DNA of 64,000 bases from Octopus sinensis (taxonomy: Eukaryota), in assembly GCF_006345805.1 (NCBI RefSeq), contig NC_043010.1, positions 1 through 64,000 of the forward strand, given 5' to 3'. The notes below the pieces were generated by a model. It was not told where the DNA came from. It saw only the letters and a program-made list of their open reading frames with translations, and ran no database searches. Position 1 is the first letter of the stretch. Every line of letters starts with the position of its first letter. The position numbers were made by a program, and so were the translations under genes. Positions 27,300 to 39,111 of the stretch are shown in pieces.

Positions 27300-30245
27300 A
27301 CTCAAAGAGAAAAGCTTTACTGAGGGAAGACAAGAAATGTCTCCCAGGAAAACATTCAGAAAAGGAGTGTGCTCCTCAGATGTTCTGCGCAACGCAGCAG
27401 CTGAGCAAGAGTCTTTTTTGTGCATGGCGCAAAGGATTGTCCAGCAGCTAACCTGGTTACACCAAGCACAAAGAAGGAACCTTGCCCACCACTATGCAAG
27501 ACCACCACAGTCAACAGACACGGGATTGCCTCCCCTAACGCCTGCACAGCCGTCACCCCAATACTTTTACTAAATATTGGGGGCCTGTTGCATCAAAATA
27601 GAAACAAAATTTCTTTCCTGAGAGATCTTACTGCATGCAATCAAGCCCTATGCATAGCACTCGTGGTAACTCACCTCAAACCTGATATAGAAGACGCAGA
27701 AGTACACATACCAAACTATGCCATACTGCGAACAGACAGAAGGGAAAGGAGCCATGGTGGAGTTGCTGTATACATCCGAGATGACCTCACACCCCAGGTC
27801 TAGATGACATACTCAAATTCGGTATGTGACACTTTAATTGTATACATAAGACAACATAATATAGTCATATGCAATACATATTGCCCACCGGATGCTCCAA
27901 ATTACATAGGCAGGTTTGAAGATTGCCTCACAAGAATTAAAGAAATCCTCATGAATCTGGAACACGACGTGACCATATTTCTTATGGGTGATTTCAACTT
28001 CCCCAACGTCAAGTGGCCCGAAGGTCACATACTCTCAGGAATGAATCATTGCAAGCAAGTACAGGTGGAGTCCCTGCTCAACCTCACCAATGCCTTATTC
28101 ATGGAGCAAGTTGTACTCAAGCCAACTAGGGCGAATAACATTCTGGATCTCTGCTTCACGAACAATATGGACATCATTCATGATGTGAAAGTGACACCGA
28201 CATCAGTTTCGGATCACAACATAATAGAGCTGTCTATGTTTGGGCCGAAAGTAACCAGAGACATACAGCCTAAAGGAAGCACCCAAAATCTTTCCAATCT
28301 GAACTTCCACAAAGCAGATTGGAAATCGATCCAAAATGAGATCCTCGGAGAGGACTGGCCGAAATGTCTCTCCACACCAGACATTGACATGAAACTAGAA
28401 TGTTTCATGTCTTCTGTGCAAGCCAGAAATATGTCCCAGAGCACAAGGCCAAAACAAATAGGAGCTAGATTGGAAGAGATAGGAAGATCCTCATGAGACG
28501 ACGGACGAAGGTTGCAAATCGACTCAACCAACATCCCAAAAGTAGTGAAACGTCCCGCCTAAAAACAACACTGATGGAGATTGAAAAAAGGCTGTAACAA
28601 TCCTATGTGAGGGAGAAAGCAGACAAAGAAGCCTGGGTTATAAAAAAAACATTAAATCAAACCCAAAGGCCTTCTTTCATTACGCAAAAAAAACAGCCTC
28701 AGTACACTACAAGATAGGACCCCTCCTCCAAAAGGATGGCTCCCTCACAGACAGTCCAACTAAAATCAGTGAGATACTGAATGACCAGTTCAAAAGTGTC
28801 TTTACCACCCCGTTGGAACACAGGCAAGTGAACGAACCAGTGGACTCCTTTGCCGCCTCACATATAACCAGCGAGGCAGTTACAATAGAATACATTGACA
28901 ATAGCGAAGAAAATGTACTACTAGCCATAGATGAAGTGGACACAAACTCAACTGCTGGTCCTGATGGTTTCCCAGCAATCCTCCTCAAAGCGTGTAAGCA
29001 TGCCCTGGCAAAACCCCTCAAGATTCTCTTCCAGAGCTTTCTTACAAATGGTAAACTGCCAAGCAAGCTGAAGGAGGGAATAATATGGCCAATACATAAA
29101 GGGGGAAGTAGGGCAGATGCCAAAAACTATAGGCCTATCTCTCTGACTTCACACATCAGCAAAGTCATGGAACGGATAGTCAGAAAGAAACTAATCGCAT
29201 TCCTTGAGGAAAATAACTTGCTGAGTGATACCCAGCATGGTTTTCGACCAGGTAGGAGCTGCCTGACCCAGCTCTTACAACATTATGACTGGGTGTTGAG
29301 GCAGTTACTCAACAAATCAAATGTGGACGTAATCTACCTTGATTTTGCAAAAGCTTTTGACAAGGTGGATCATGGTATGATATGCCACAAACTGCGTGAC
29401 CTCGGCATAGCTGGAAAACTTGGAGTGTGGTTACATGACTTCCTGAAAGATAGGAGTCAGGCAGTAGTGGTTAATGGAGCCATCTCTATGACCACACAAA
29501 TAGTGAGCGGTGTTCCACAGAGCACTGTCTTGGGACCACTGCTTTTTATAGTGGCCCTCTCAGATATGCCCTCAAATGCCCGGATAGCCACTCTGGCCAG
29601 CTATGCAGACGATACGAAAGTCTTGCAGAAAATACAGAACCCCAGCGATGTTGCACACCTGCAGCAGGAGTTGGACTCAATCTACAGATAGGCTGAGGAT
29701 AATAATATGCAGTTTAATGCTGAAAAATTCCAGGCCCTGCGCTACCAGCATCCAAAACTAATTAACGTCCTAATTAACGTTCTTTTTTCCGTAATTAACG
29801 TCCCTAGGCGCATGGATCAAGTGAAGACCTAGAATGGGTGAATGGTAGAAGGAGTGCGGACACCGGTCCACAGGGAATTTCAATCCCAGAGCCTAAATCT
29901 GTGAGGGACCTGGGTATCGACATGAGTGATGATACCTCTTTCCAAGTGCACATTACCAGGATGGCGACAAAGTGCAGACAACTGGCTGGATGGATCCTAA
30001 GAACATTCAGAACCAGAGATAAGGAAACTATGATGGTCCTCTGGCGGACATTCGTCCTCAGCTGCCTGGATTACACTGCTCACAGCTAGAGTTACCCACC
30101 AGTGTGAAATTAACAGCGGACCTTGAAGCAATTCAGAGAAGATTCACAAAGAAGATTGTCTCTTTGCAACAGCTCAGCTACTGGGAAAGGTTGAAATAGC
30201 TAAGACTCTACTCTCTGGAGAGAAGACGGGAGAGGTATGCAGTAA
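27300..30245 (+). mobile_element. CR1-group LINE, copy 1 (APE endonuclease + RT), inactivated
   Basis: LLNIGGL, GGVAVYI, MGDFNFP, NILDLCFTN, SDHN, NYRPISLTS, QHGFRPGRS, DFAKAFDKVDH, YADDTK. Stop at 27801 and several frameshifts. Confidence 0.9.
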
Positions 30246-30254
30246 TGAGAAGAG

Positions 30255-30860
30255 AATGTTCGCGTCTATATATTTAGGAAGATTGAGAGACCGAGTGAGG
30301 AAAGATGGTGTGACAGAGAGAAGTGAAGAGACAGAGAGAGAAAGAGATGTAAGAGAGGAGGTTATGCAAAAGATTGAGCGGCTGAGAGAAGATAAGAAGA
30401 AAGTGAGAGGAGAATGTTCACGTCTATATATTTAGGAAGATTGAGAGGCTGAGAGAAGGAAGATGGTGTGATATAGAGAAGTGAGGAGACAGTGAGAGAA
30501 AGAAAAGAAAGAGATGAAGTTATGCAAAAGATTCTACTTAGTAGATTGTAGAATATATAAATAAAGTAACAAATAAATATATATATATCTGCAACTATGA
30601 AAGTTCTCTTCTAAACTAATTATAAATATCTATCTATCTTTAACTACGAAAATTTTCTTCTCAACTAATTACGACTATATTTCTAATGTTCGCGTCTATA
30701 TATTTAGGAAGATTGAGAGGCTGAGAGGAGAAAGATGGTGTGACAGAGAGAGGCGAAGAGACAGAGAGAGAGAGAAGTAATGAAAGAGAAGAAGTTATGC
30801 AAAAGATTCTACTTGGATAGTACAATATATAAATAAAGTAACAAATAAGTAAAATATATA
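30255..30860 (+). repeat. Three diverged direct copies of a purine-rich unit
   Basis: AATGTTC(G/A)CGTCTATATATTTAGGAAGATTGAGAG starts at 30255, 30413 and 30685. Confidence 0.8.
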
Positions 30861-30998
30861 TATATATATAATAAAAACTTACTTGGAGAAATAAGAAAGT
30901 GACGCGAGGCGTTCACTCATATAATAACAGTTTAAAAAATAAAACATATGCATACATACATATATGTACATACCTACATCTATATATATATATATACA

Positions 30999-31059
<61 letters not shown>

Positions 31060-31065
<6 letters not shown>

Positions 31066-32400
31066 ATAAATAAAATAAAACATATGCATATATATAAACA
31101 TATATGTACGTACCTACCTCTACATGTACATATACACGCATATATGAGTACAGGACACCAAAAAGACGTCGAACACAATGAGAAACGAAAACATAGACAC
31201 AAACCAAAGGAACTGGACATTTTTTAAACAACAAAAAAATAGAGTACAGGACAATTAACACAAAGAAAAAACCCCTTCTTCAGTCGCTATGGTTTCATCT
31301 ACTCTACGTTTCGAAGGTGAAAGCGAGACGTATCTTCGACAACAAACTTTCCTTCCTGCGAAAAGCAAATCAATTAAAATTCTGAGATCTTTTCGCAGAG
31401 GGGTAAAAAATGGTAACAAAAACAGGACAGTAACGACAGTACAAATTATAAACAGTAAAAGACAGGACAAGGAAAAACAAGATAAGCAGGGCTGTTAACG
31501 CCGAACGAGAAAAAGTATTGCAAACGCTGATTTTTGTGAACGACGAACGGAGCAAAAAGAATTGCCGTCCACACCTCGAGAGGGTAAAGGCTAGAAAGAC
31601 AGTAGCGGAAGTCTCGTTGCGGGTCAGCGACGGGAGGGGGAAGGAGGAGCAAGAGAAAGGGAGAGAAGAAGGGGAATGGTTGTGAGGAAAACATGAAGAA
31701 TAAAGAGGGAGAGAGAGAGAGAGTGAAGAATGAGAGAGAGGAAGAGACAAGTTAAGTAGAGGAAAAGGAAATCAAAGAATGAAGGCTGAGAAAGGGATGG
31801 GACAGAAAGGTTAAGAGTGCGCATCAAAGTTAATATCAAGAACAAAACTTAACATAAAGAACAATCTTACTTGCGAAACAAAGGCCTTTTCGTTTTGTTT
31901 TTCTCGTTTGTTTTCTTGTCTTTTTATTTCTCGTTTTGTATTTTCTTGTACGTGTATCTTTATCTTGTATTTTATTTTGCATTTGTATCGTTTTTACGTC
32001 CTGTTTTTGTCACATGTTTTTCTTGTCTGTTTTTGCCCCTATGCGAGGCAATTTTATTTTAATTCTCTCGCAATGAAGGACTAGTTGACGAGTCGTGTCC
32101 TGTTTTATCCTTCGAAACACGCTTGAGTTAGCTTGAGACAGCTGATGAACTGGGGATTTTTCCTTGTGTGGTTTGTCCTGTACCTTGTTTTTCTGTTGTA
32201 AATAATGTTTTTCCCATTTCCGTTTCGTCTCTGTTTTTTTGTTGTAAAAATATGGCTTGTCCGTTTTCGTTTTTCGTTGAGTTCTACGTCTAGTTGCAGT
32301 GTCCTGTACTCACGTATATATATCTATATATGCATGTATATATACATGTAGATGTAGGTACGTACATATATGTTTGTATGCATGCATATATTTTATTTAT

Positions 32401-32410
<10 letters not shown>
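31060..32410. repeat. Inverted pair of GTCCTGTACTCA-terminated repeats with mirrored low-complexity flanks
   Basis: 31060-31158 (..ATGTACGTACCTACCTCTACATGTA..GAGTACAGGACAC) closely matches the reverse complement of 32299-32410. Confidence 0.65.
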
Positions 32411-32438
<28 letters not shown>

Positions 32439-32439
32439 A

Positions 32440-32960
32440 TATATATATACGTTTGTATGCCTCTTCATCCTTGACAACTGATGCTGCTGTTTTCACGTCC
32501 CCGTAACTGAGCGGTTCGGCAAAACAGACCGATACATTAAGTACTAGGCCTATAAAGAATAGGTCCTGGGCGCTATTTGCTCGATAGAAGGCGGTGCTCC
32601 AGCATAGCCGCAGTCGAATAACTGAAAGTAGCAAAAGCGAGTGAAAGGGTAATTAGCGAAAGCAGTGTATATTCTGTTGACAAATTTAAGGGAGATAACT
32701 AAAAAAATATCTCATAGAGTTACTTCCCTTGAATATTATAATAAAGACGTAATACATACACTTTTAAACTTTTACTTGTTTCATTCTTTTGACTGCCCAT
32801 GCTTGAGCACCAGCTTTTATCGAGCAAATCGACCCCAGGGCATATTCTTTGTAAGCCTACTATTTATTCTATCGGTCTCCTTTGCCGAACCGCTAAGTTA
32901 CGGTGACGTAAACACACCAGCATCGGTTGTCAAGCGATGTTGGGGACGCAAACTCAGACA
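32440..32960. mobile_element. Tail-to-tail pair of SINE copies
   Basis: 32440-32640 (+) and 32760-32960 (-) share CCGTAAC.GAGCGGTTCGGCAAA..GACCGATA and GGTGCTC.AGCAT.G. Confidence 0.65.
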
Positions 32961-33029
32961 GAAACATACACTTACACATAAATACATATATATATGTGTG
33001 TGTGTGTGTACATATATATTCATATATAC

Positions 33030-33190
33030 GACGAGCTTCTTTCTGTTTCCATGTACATAATCCACTCACAAAGCTTTGGTCTGTCCGATGCTATAGTAGA
33101 AGACTTGCCCATGGTGCCACGGAGTGGGACTGAACCAGAAACCATGTGGTTGGTAAGCAAGATACTTACCAGACAGCCACTCCTACGCCT
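33030..33190 (-). mobile_element. tRNA-derived SINE
   Basis: Minus strand reads GGCGTAGGAGTGGCTGTCTGGTAAG..GGTTCAGTCCCACTCCGTGGCACC (A and B boxes). Related decayed copy at 15600-15760. Confidence 0.65.
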
Positions 33191-34059
33191 ATATATTTAC
33201 ATATACATATATACGACAGTAAGCAAGCTACTCCTCATACAGACACTCCTCTTTGTTACTCTGACAACAAGTTGAAGGTGAGCTCTGATTGGTTGTATGC
33301 AAATGAGTTCATTAATGGGCTCCGGAACTCTCGCTGGAGAAAAAAAACTTTCGCGGTTGGGTCACATGAGACGATCCGACCACCTTGGGTGCGGGTGGAC
33401 TGTGCTCACACACGCACAAACACCCACACGTCCACACTTACACACATAGATAGATGCAAACACGCAAACTCGTAGCTATTTATGCTTTAAATATGTTTAC
33501 CTTAATACCGTGACATTCTGAAGAAATTGTATGAGTGTGTGGGTCAGCAAATATGTGTGTGTGTGTGTGTGGTGTGTGTGTGTGTGCTTTCATTTCTGTG
33601 TCTGTTTGCGCGCGCTCATGTGTGAGAGTTTCCAGTTCATTGCTTGTACTTGTGTGCGTGTGTGTGAATGTGTAACTGTGTTTTCATTTCTGTGTGTGTG
33701 TGAGAGCATGTGTGTTTTTGTGCGTGTGTGTGTTTGAGAGTATTTTCATTTCAGTGTTTGTGTGTGTGTGTGTGACTGTTATTATTTCCATGGGAGCGTG
33801 TGTGTGAGCGACTGTGTATTTTTATTTGTTTGTGTGTATGCGACAATTGCTGCTACAACACACATTTCCATATCACTAACTACTAAATCAAAAGAAGTTC
33901 GATTTATTGCACATTTAGCGACTTCAGATATTGCTCATATTTTTCTCATATGGCGACAATGTATTAATTTCAAAAGTTGATAAAACAAATTCTCATACTG
34001 GGGTGAAAGGTGCTGACATTCTAACTGGGGGTGGTAAACAACCAATACCCACCTTATTT

Positions 34060-34200
34060 CTCTGGTGTGGAATATTTATGACTATACCAGTTGACTTGTT
34101 ACAGGCTTCGGTTATGGCTTCACTTTTATGGATTTGGGGAAGTCCACAGAAGTTACTGGCTTTACAGTCAGATCTACTCAAGTAATTTCTCTTATTTTTT
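34060..34200 (-). mobile_element. Penelope-like element RT fragment
   Basis: SNFCGLPQIHKS at 34122-34157 resembles the conserved PLE FYGLPKIHK motif. Confidence 0.55.
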
Positions 34201-34569
34201 GTTAAATCTTGTTGGAACTAGTGGATACTTACCACAAACACACGCACACACACACATACATACACACACTAATACACACACATGGATATATATATACATA
34301 TATATATATATATATGATGGCTGCCCCCTCGTTATCGAGTATGGCCATTGCACGAAGCTTAACTGTTCTTGGTGCTGTGATCGAGTGTGACTTTTATTTG
34401 CTTTATAAGGCAGCCATTCAGTTGAGACTCACAGCACCATCAACAATCATGAACAATGTTGTTACTGTGCAAAGCCTGTGCAGGAAAATTTTTTTTAAAG
34501 TGAGGAAAGGCTGTGCACTGAGTCAATCCCACTCACTAAGCAACAGCAGCCATAATCTGAAAAGAAGAA

Positions 34570-34920
34570 CAAGTCAACATCATCGGTAACCACTGAGCCG
34601 CAGGTTTTATGTCTGAGTTATCCCAGTTACTTGAGTTACCTTCTCCGAGAAGGATGCCCTAACAAAGGCTAGGAGTCCTTCACTCCCAATGGTTTAACCA
34701 CGCGATCGGGTATTCAGTCCGATTATTTCTGTCCCCGCGCATGGTACAGCCTTAAGCCTTTAAAAAAATACACATTTATTGGATAGCCGTTGATTCTCAA
34801 GAGTTCCTCTGCCCTTTGGCGGGTTTTGTTTTTCATCCCGCAGGGTGTACAATAAACACCCTCCTCACCATGCAACAGGTTGTACTGGGTTACATGTTAC
34901 CAGTAGCACACGAAAGTGAC
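34570..34920 (-). mobile_element. Possible RTE-type 5' UTR remnant
   Basis: Contains GGACTCCTAGCCTTTGTTAGGGCA..CTCGGAGAAGG, which I recall from RTE 5' regions. Not verified. Confidence 0.3.
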
Positions 34921-35514
34921 CTGACATAAACAAATATATATATACAAATATACATACAAACATATATATATATATATATACAAATATATATATACAAATA
35001 TATATACAAACATATATATATACAAACATATATATATACAAATATATATATACAAATATATATATACAAACGTATATATTTACAAACATATACATACAAA
35101 CATATATATACAAACATATACATACAAACATATATATACAAATAAATATATACAAATATATATAGAAACATATACATACAAAAATATATATACAAACATA
35201 TATATGCATATATATACAAACATAAACATATAAACATATATATACAAATATATATACAAACATATATATGCGAACACATATATACAAATATATATACAAA
35301 CATATATATACAAACAAATATATATAAATATATATATACAAAAAATTAATTGTTATCGCCATATTAATATGGCATTCTTATAGATATAAGAATAATCGCT
35401 GCCGCTGGTCAGCTCCATGAGGCCACCGCCTTAAGATAGCTATTGATACACGATCTGTATCCATTATAACCTTCGAACAAGGGAGGTCAGCCGCTTCACA
35501 CTGCCAGTCCGACA

Positions 35515-35556
35515 GCTACAGACGCGTTTCGGGGTATTGCCCCTTGTCAATGTAGC
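35515..35556 (-). ncRNA. Identical hammerhead motif on the opposite strand
   Basis: Exact reverse complement of 35801-35842. Confidence 0.8.
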
Positions 35557-35800
35557 GCAGTCAGACCCCGCAGGTGTCGCCACTGACGTCTCTGTTCGAA
35601 GATTTCTATTTACCTAGTTTCAGTGGAATACATCCACTTGTTTTCAATAATAGAAATATTAAAATTACTAAGTCTCTATAAAAGAGATTACGGCAGCGTT
35701 TACTGGAAATTAATTGTTATCGCCATATTAATATGGCATTCTTATAGATATAAGATATAAATAGAAACCTTCGAACAGAGACGTCAGTGGCCTGTTCTGC

Positions 35801-35842
35801 GCTACATTGACAAGGGGCAATACCCCGAAACGCGTCTGTAGC
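35801..35842 (+). ncRNA. Minimal type I hammerhead ribozyme motif, U3-A8 variant
   Basis: GCTACA-TTGACAA-GGGG CAATA CCCC-GAA-ACGCGT-C-TGTAGC. Predicted cleavage after C35836. Confidence 0.8.
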
Positions 35843-36164
35843 TGTCGGACTGGCAGTGTGAAGCGGCTGACCTCCCTTGTTCGAAGGTTATAATGGATAC
35901 AGTTCGTGTATCAATAGCTATCTTAAGGCGGTGGCCTCATGGAGCTGACCAGCGGCAGCGATTATTCTTATATCTATAAGAATGCCATATTAATATGGCG
36001 ATAACAATTAATTTCCAGTAAACGCTGCCGTAATCTCTTTTATAGAGACTTAGTAATTTTAATATTTCTATTATATATACAAACATATATATACAAACAT
36101 ATATGTACACATATACATACAAATATATATATACAAATATAAATACAAATATATATACTGCTAA

Positions 36165-39111
36165 CACACAGTAACAGGACAAAGATCCCGTTCTTGAGAG
36201 ACTTTGTTGCATGCAATCAAGCCTTATGCATAGCACTTACAGAAACACACCTGAAACCGGACATAGCAGATGCGGAATTACACATACCACAGTATGTTGT
36301 ACTACGGACCGACAGAAAAGAAAGGAGTCATGGAGGAGTTGCTATGTACATCCGTGAGGACCTCACATCCCAGGTCCTTTTGTCATACTCAAACTCGGTG
36401 TGTGACACACTAATTGTACATGTAAGGCAACTTGGTGTAGTTGTGTGTGCTACATATCGCCCTCCAGATCCCCAAGCCATATAGGCAAGTTTGAAGACTG
36501 CCTTATAAAAATAGAAGTTCTAGTCACACTAGAACAACACATAAGTGTACTTCTCATGGGAGACTTCAATCTACCCAATGTCAGATGGCCCGAGGGCTTT
36601 TCTCTCCCAGGAATGATACGATGTGAACAAGGACAGGCGAGGTCCCTCCTGAACCTCATCAACACCCTGTACATGGAGCAAGTAATACTCCAGCCAACCA
36701 GGGCAGGTAACACACTGGATCTCTGCTTCACAAATAATATGGATCTCATCCATAATGTGAAAGTGACACCGACACTACTCTCGGATCACAACATGGTAGA
36801 GCTGACCATGTACGGGCCAAAGAAAGCATGGACATGCAGCCTACAAGAAACTCTGAGAATCTTTCCAGCTTGAGCTTCCATAAGGCAAACTGGAAACAAA
36901 TTGAGAAAGAGATCCTCAAACAAAACTGGCCTGAATGTCTCTCCTCCGCCAGACATCGACATGAAACTTCAACAATTCATGTCTGTAATGCAAGCCATAT
37001 GCTACAATGTGTCCCAGAGAGAAAGGCCACTGTACACAAGAACAAAATCCCCAGAGAGAGGAAAATTCTAATGAGACGGCGTACAAAAATCTCAATCGCC
37101 TAAACAAACAAATTGAAAATAGTGAAATGTCCCGCATGAAAATAAAACTGTTGGAAATTGAAAAATGTCTGCAACTCTCCCATGAAAAGGAAAAAGCATA
37201 CAAAGAAGCCTGGGCTATAGACAACATAAAATCTAACCCCAGAGCTTTCTACAGGTATGCCAAAGAAACAGCTACGGTGCACTGTAGGATGGGGCCACTC
37301 CTTGAAAGGGATTGCACACTCACAGGAAATCCAATGAGGGTAAGTGAAATACTAAATGAGCAATTCAAGAGTGTTTTCACCCCTACCATTGGGCATTTCC
37401 AAATCAGCAATCCAACTGACTTCTTCACCACTGCAGATATGGGGTCAGAGGCGGCGATGATTGATTACATCAATATAAAGGAAGACGATGTAATAAAGGC
37501 TATAGATGAGATGAAAACAAACTCAGCTACTGGCCCCGATGGATTCCCGGCAATCCTTCTAAAGGTATGTAAGAGAGTACTAGCAAGACCACTGCAGTTC
37601 CTCTTTCAGAGCTTCCTTGCAGCTGGCAAACATCCAAGAAAACTGAAGGAAGGTAAAATATGCCCTATTCATAAAGGAGGTAGCAGAGCGGAGGCCAAGA
37701 GCTACAGACCTATCTCTCTGACCTCACACATCAGCAAGGTCATGGAACGAATAGTCAGCAGGAAACTAATCACCTTCCTTGAAGAAAATGACTTGCTGCC
37801 TGACACCCAACATGGTTTCCGACCAGGAAGAAGCTGCTTAACTCAGCTCCTACAACACTATGACTGGGTGCTGAAACGACTGCTCAACCACTCAAATGTG
37901 GAAGTGATATATCTCGACTTTGCAAAGGCTTTTGATAAAGTCGATCATGGAATGATATGTCACAAACTGCGTGATCTTGGCATAGTTGGAAAATTGGGAG
38001 AATGGCTTCATGACTTTCTGAAGGATAGAAGTCAGGTGGTAGTAGCCAATGGGGCCACTTCCATTAACACGCAAATAGTGAGCGGTGTTTCGCAGGGCAC
38101 TGTTTTGGGACCACTACTGTTCATAATGGCCCTCTCAGACATGCCCTCAGCTACGCAGAGAGCCACGATCACAAGTTATGCAGATGATACAAAAGTTTCA
38201 CAGGCAATACAGAACCCTGAAGACACTAAGCACCTGCAATGTGAGCTGGACAAAATATACAAGCTTTATGCTATCAACATGCAAAACTGAATGCAATACC
38301 CAATGAATACACTGGACCCGGAGGGATCGCAATCCCAGAGGCACAATCAGTGCGTGACCTGGGTATTTACATGAGCGATGACGCAACCTTTCATGTACAT
38401 GTTGCTAAACTGGCAATGAAATGTAGACGGCTGGCCGGATGGATTCTTAGAACTTTAGAACAAGAGAACAAGAAACCATGATGGTCCTCTGGAAGACACT
38501 TGTCCTAAGCCACTTTGACTATTGCTCTCAGCTATGGTCACCATCAGTGTCAAGTTGATCACAGAACTGAGGCGATCCAACGAAGCTACACGAAGAAGAT
38601 AGCCTCTGTGCAGCATATAAGATACTGGGAAAAACTCAAGAGATTAAAACTCTATTCCTTGGAGCGTAGGCGAGAAAGATATGCCATAATATACATCTGG
38701 AAGATCCTGGAAGGAATTGTCCCAAACTTTGGCATCGAGAGTTACACAAATGCCAGAACTGGGCGCCACTGCGTGGTGCCTAGGACTTCAAATTTGCCAT
38801 CAAGATGTAGGACAAGATACTGTGATAGCCTGGGCATCCGAGGCCCACAGCTCTTCAATATCCTCCCGAAGAACCTGAAGGACCTGTATGGAGTGGATGC
38901 GGATGTCTTTAAAGTAGGACTGGATCTCTTCCTGTCAGGTGTCCAGGATGAACCAACTTCACGGCAGGAGGTGCAGATGAGGGCAGCTGCATCAAACTCT
39001 CTCATGCACCAAACTGCAGTTGCTAAAAAGCATTTGTGAGGTAAAATCATGTAGCAACACCAAATGGCGGTGCCCCAGCATGGTCACAGCTCAAAAGCAG
39101 AAACTGGAAAA
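36165..39111 (+). mobile_element. CR1-group LINE, copy 2, near-complete ORF2 with 3' end
   Basis: APE motifs in 36194-36873; 427-aa RT frame 37007-38290 with YADDTK; C-terminal SLERRRER..DEPT. Several frameshifts. Ends in (ACATAA)n. Confidence 0.92.

Larger units (their letters stand above)
35343..36073. mobile_element. Foldback element built from inverted copies of a ~316-bp hammerhead-bearing unit
   Basis: 35343-35612 inverts to 35758-36014, differing mainly by one short indel block. 35648-35755 is the exact reverse complement of 35966-36073. Flanked by TATACAAA-type microsatellite on both sides. Confidence 0.85.

Noticed and set aside
31265-31320. Type II hammerhead reading of CGAAAC..GTA..CTGAAGA (also 6790-6830 and 32110-32150)
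   Set aside because: Could not form stem I adjacent to the cleavage site in any copy.
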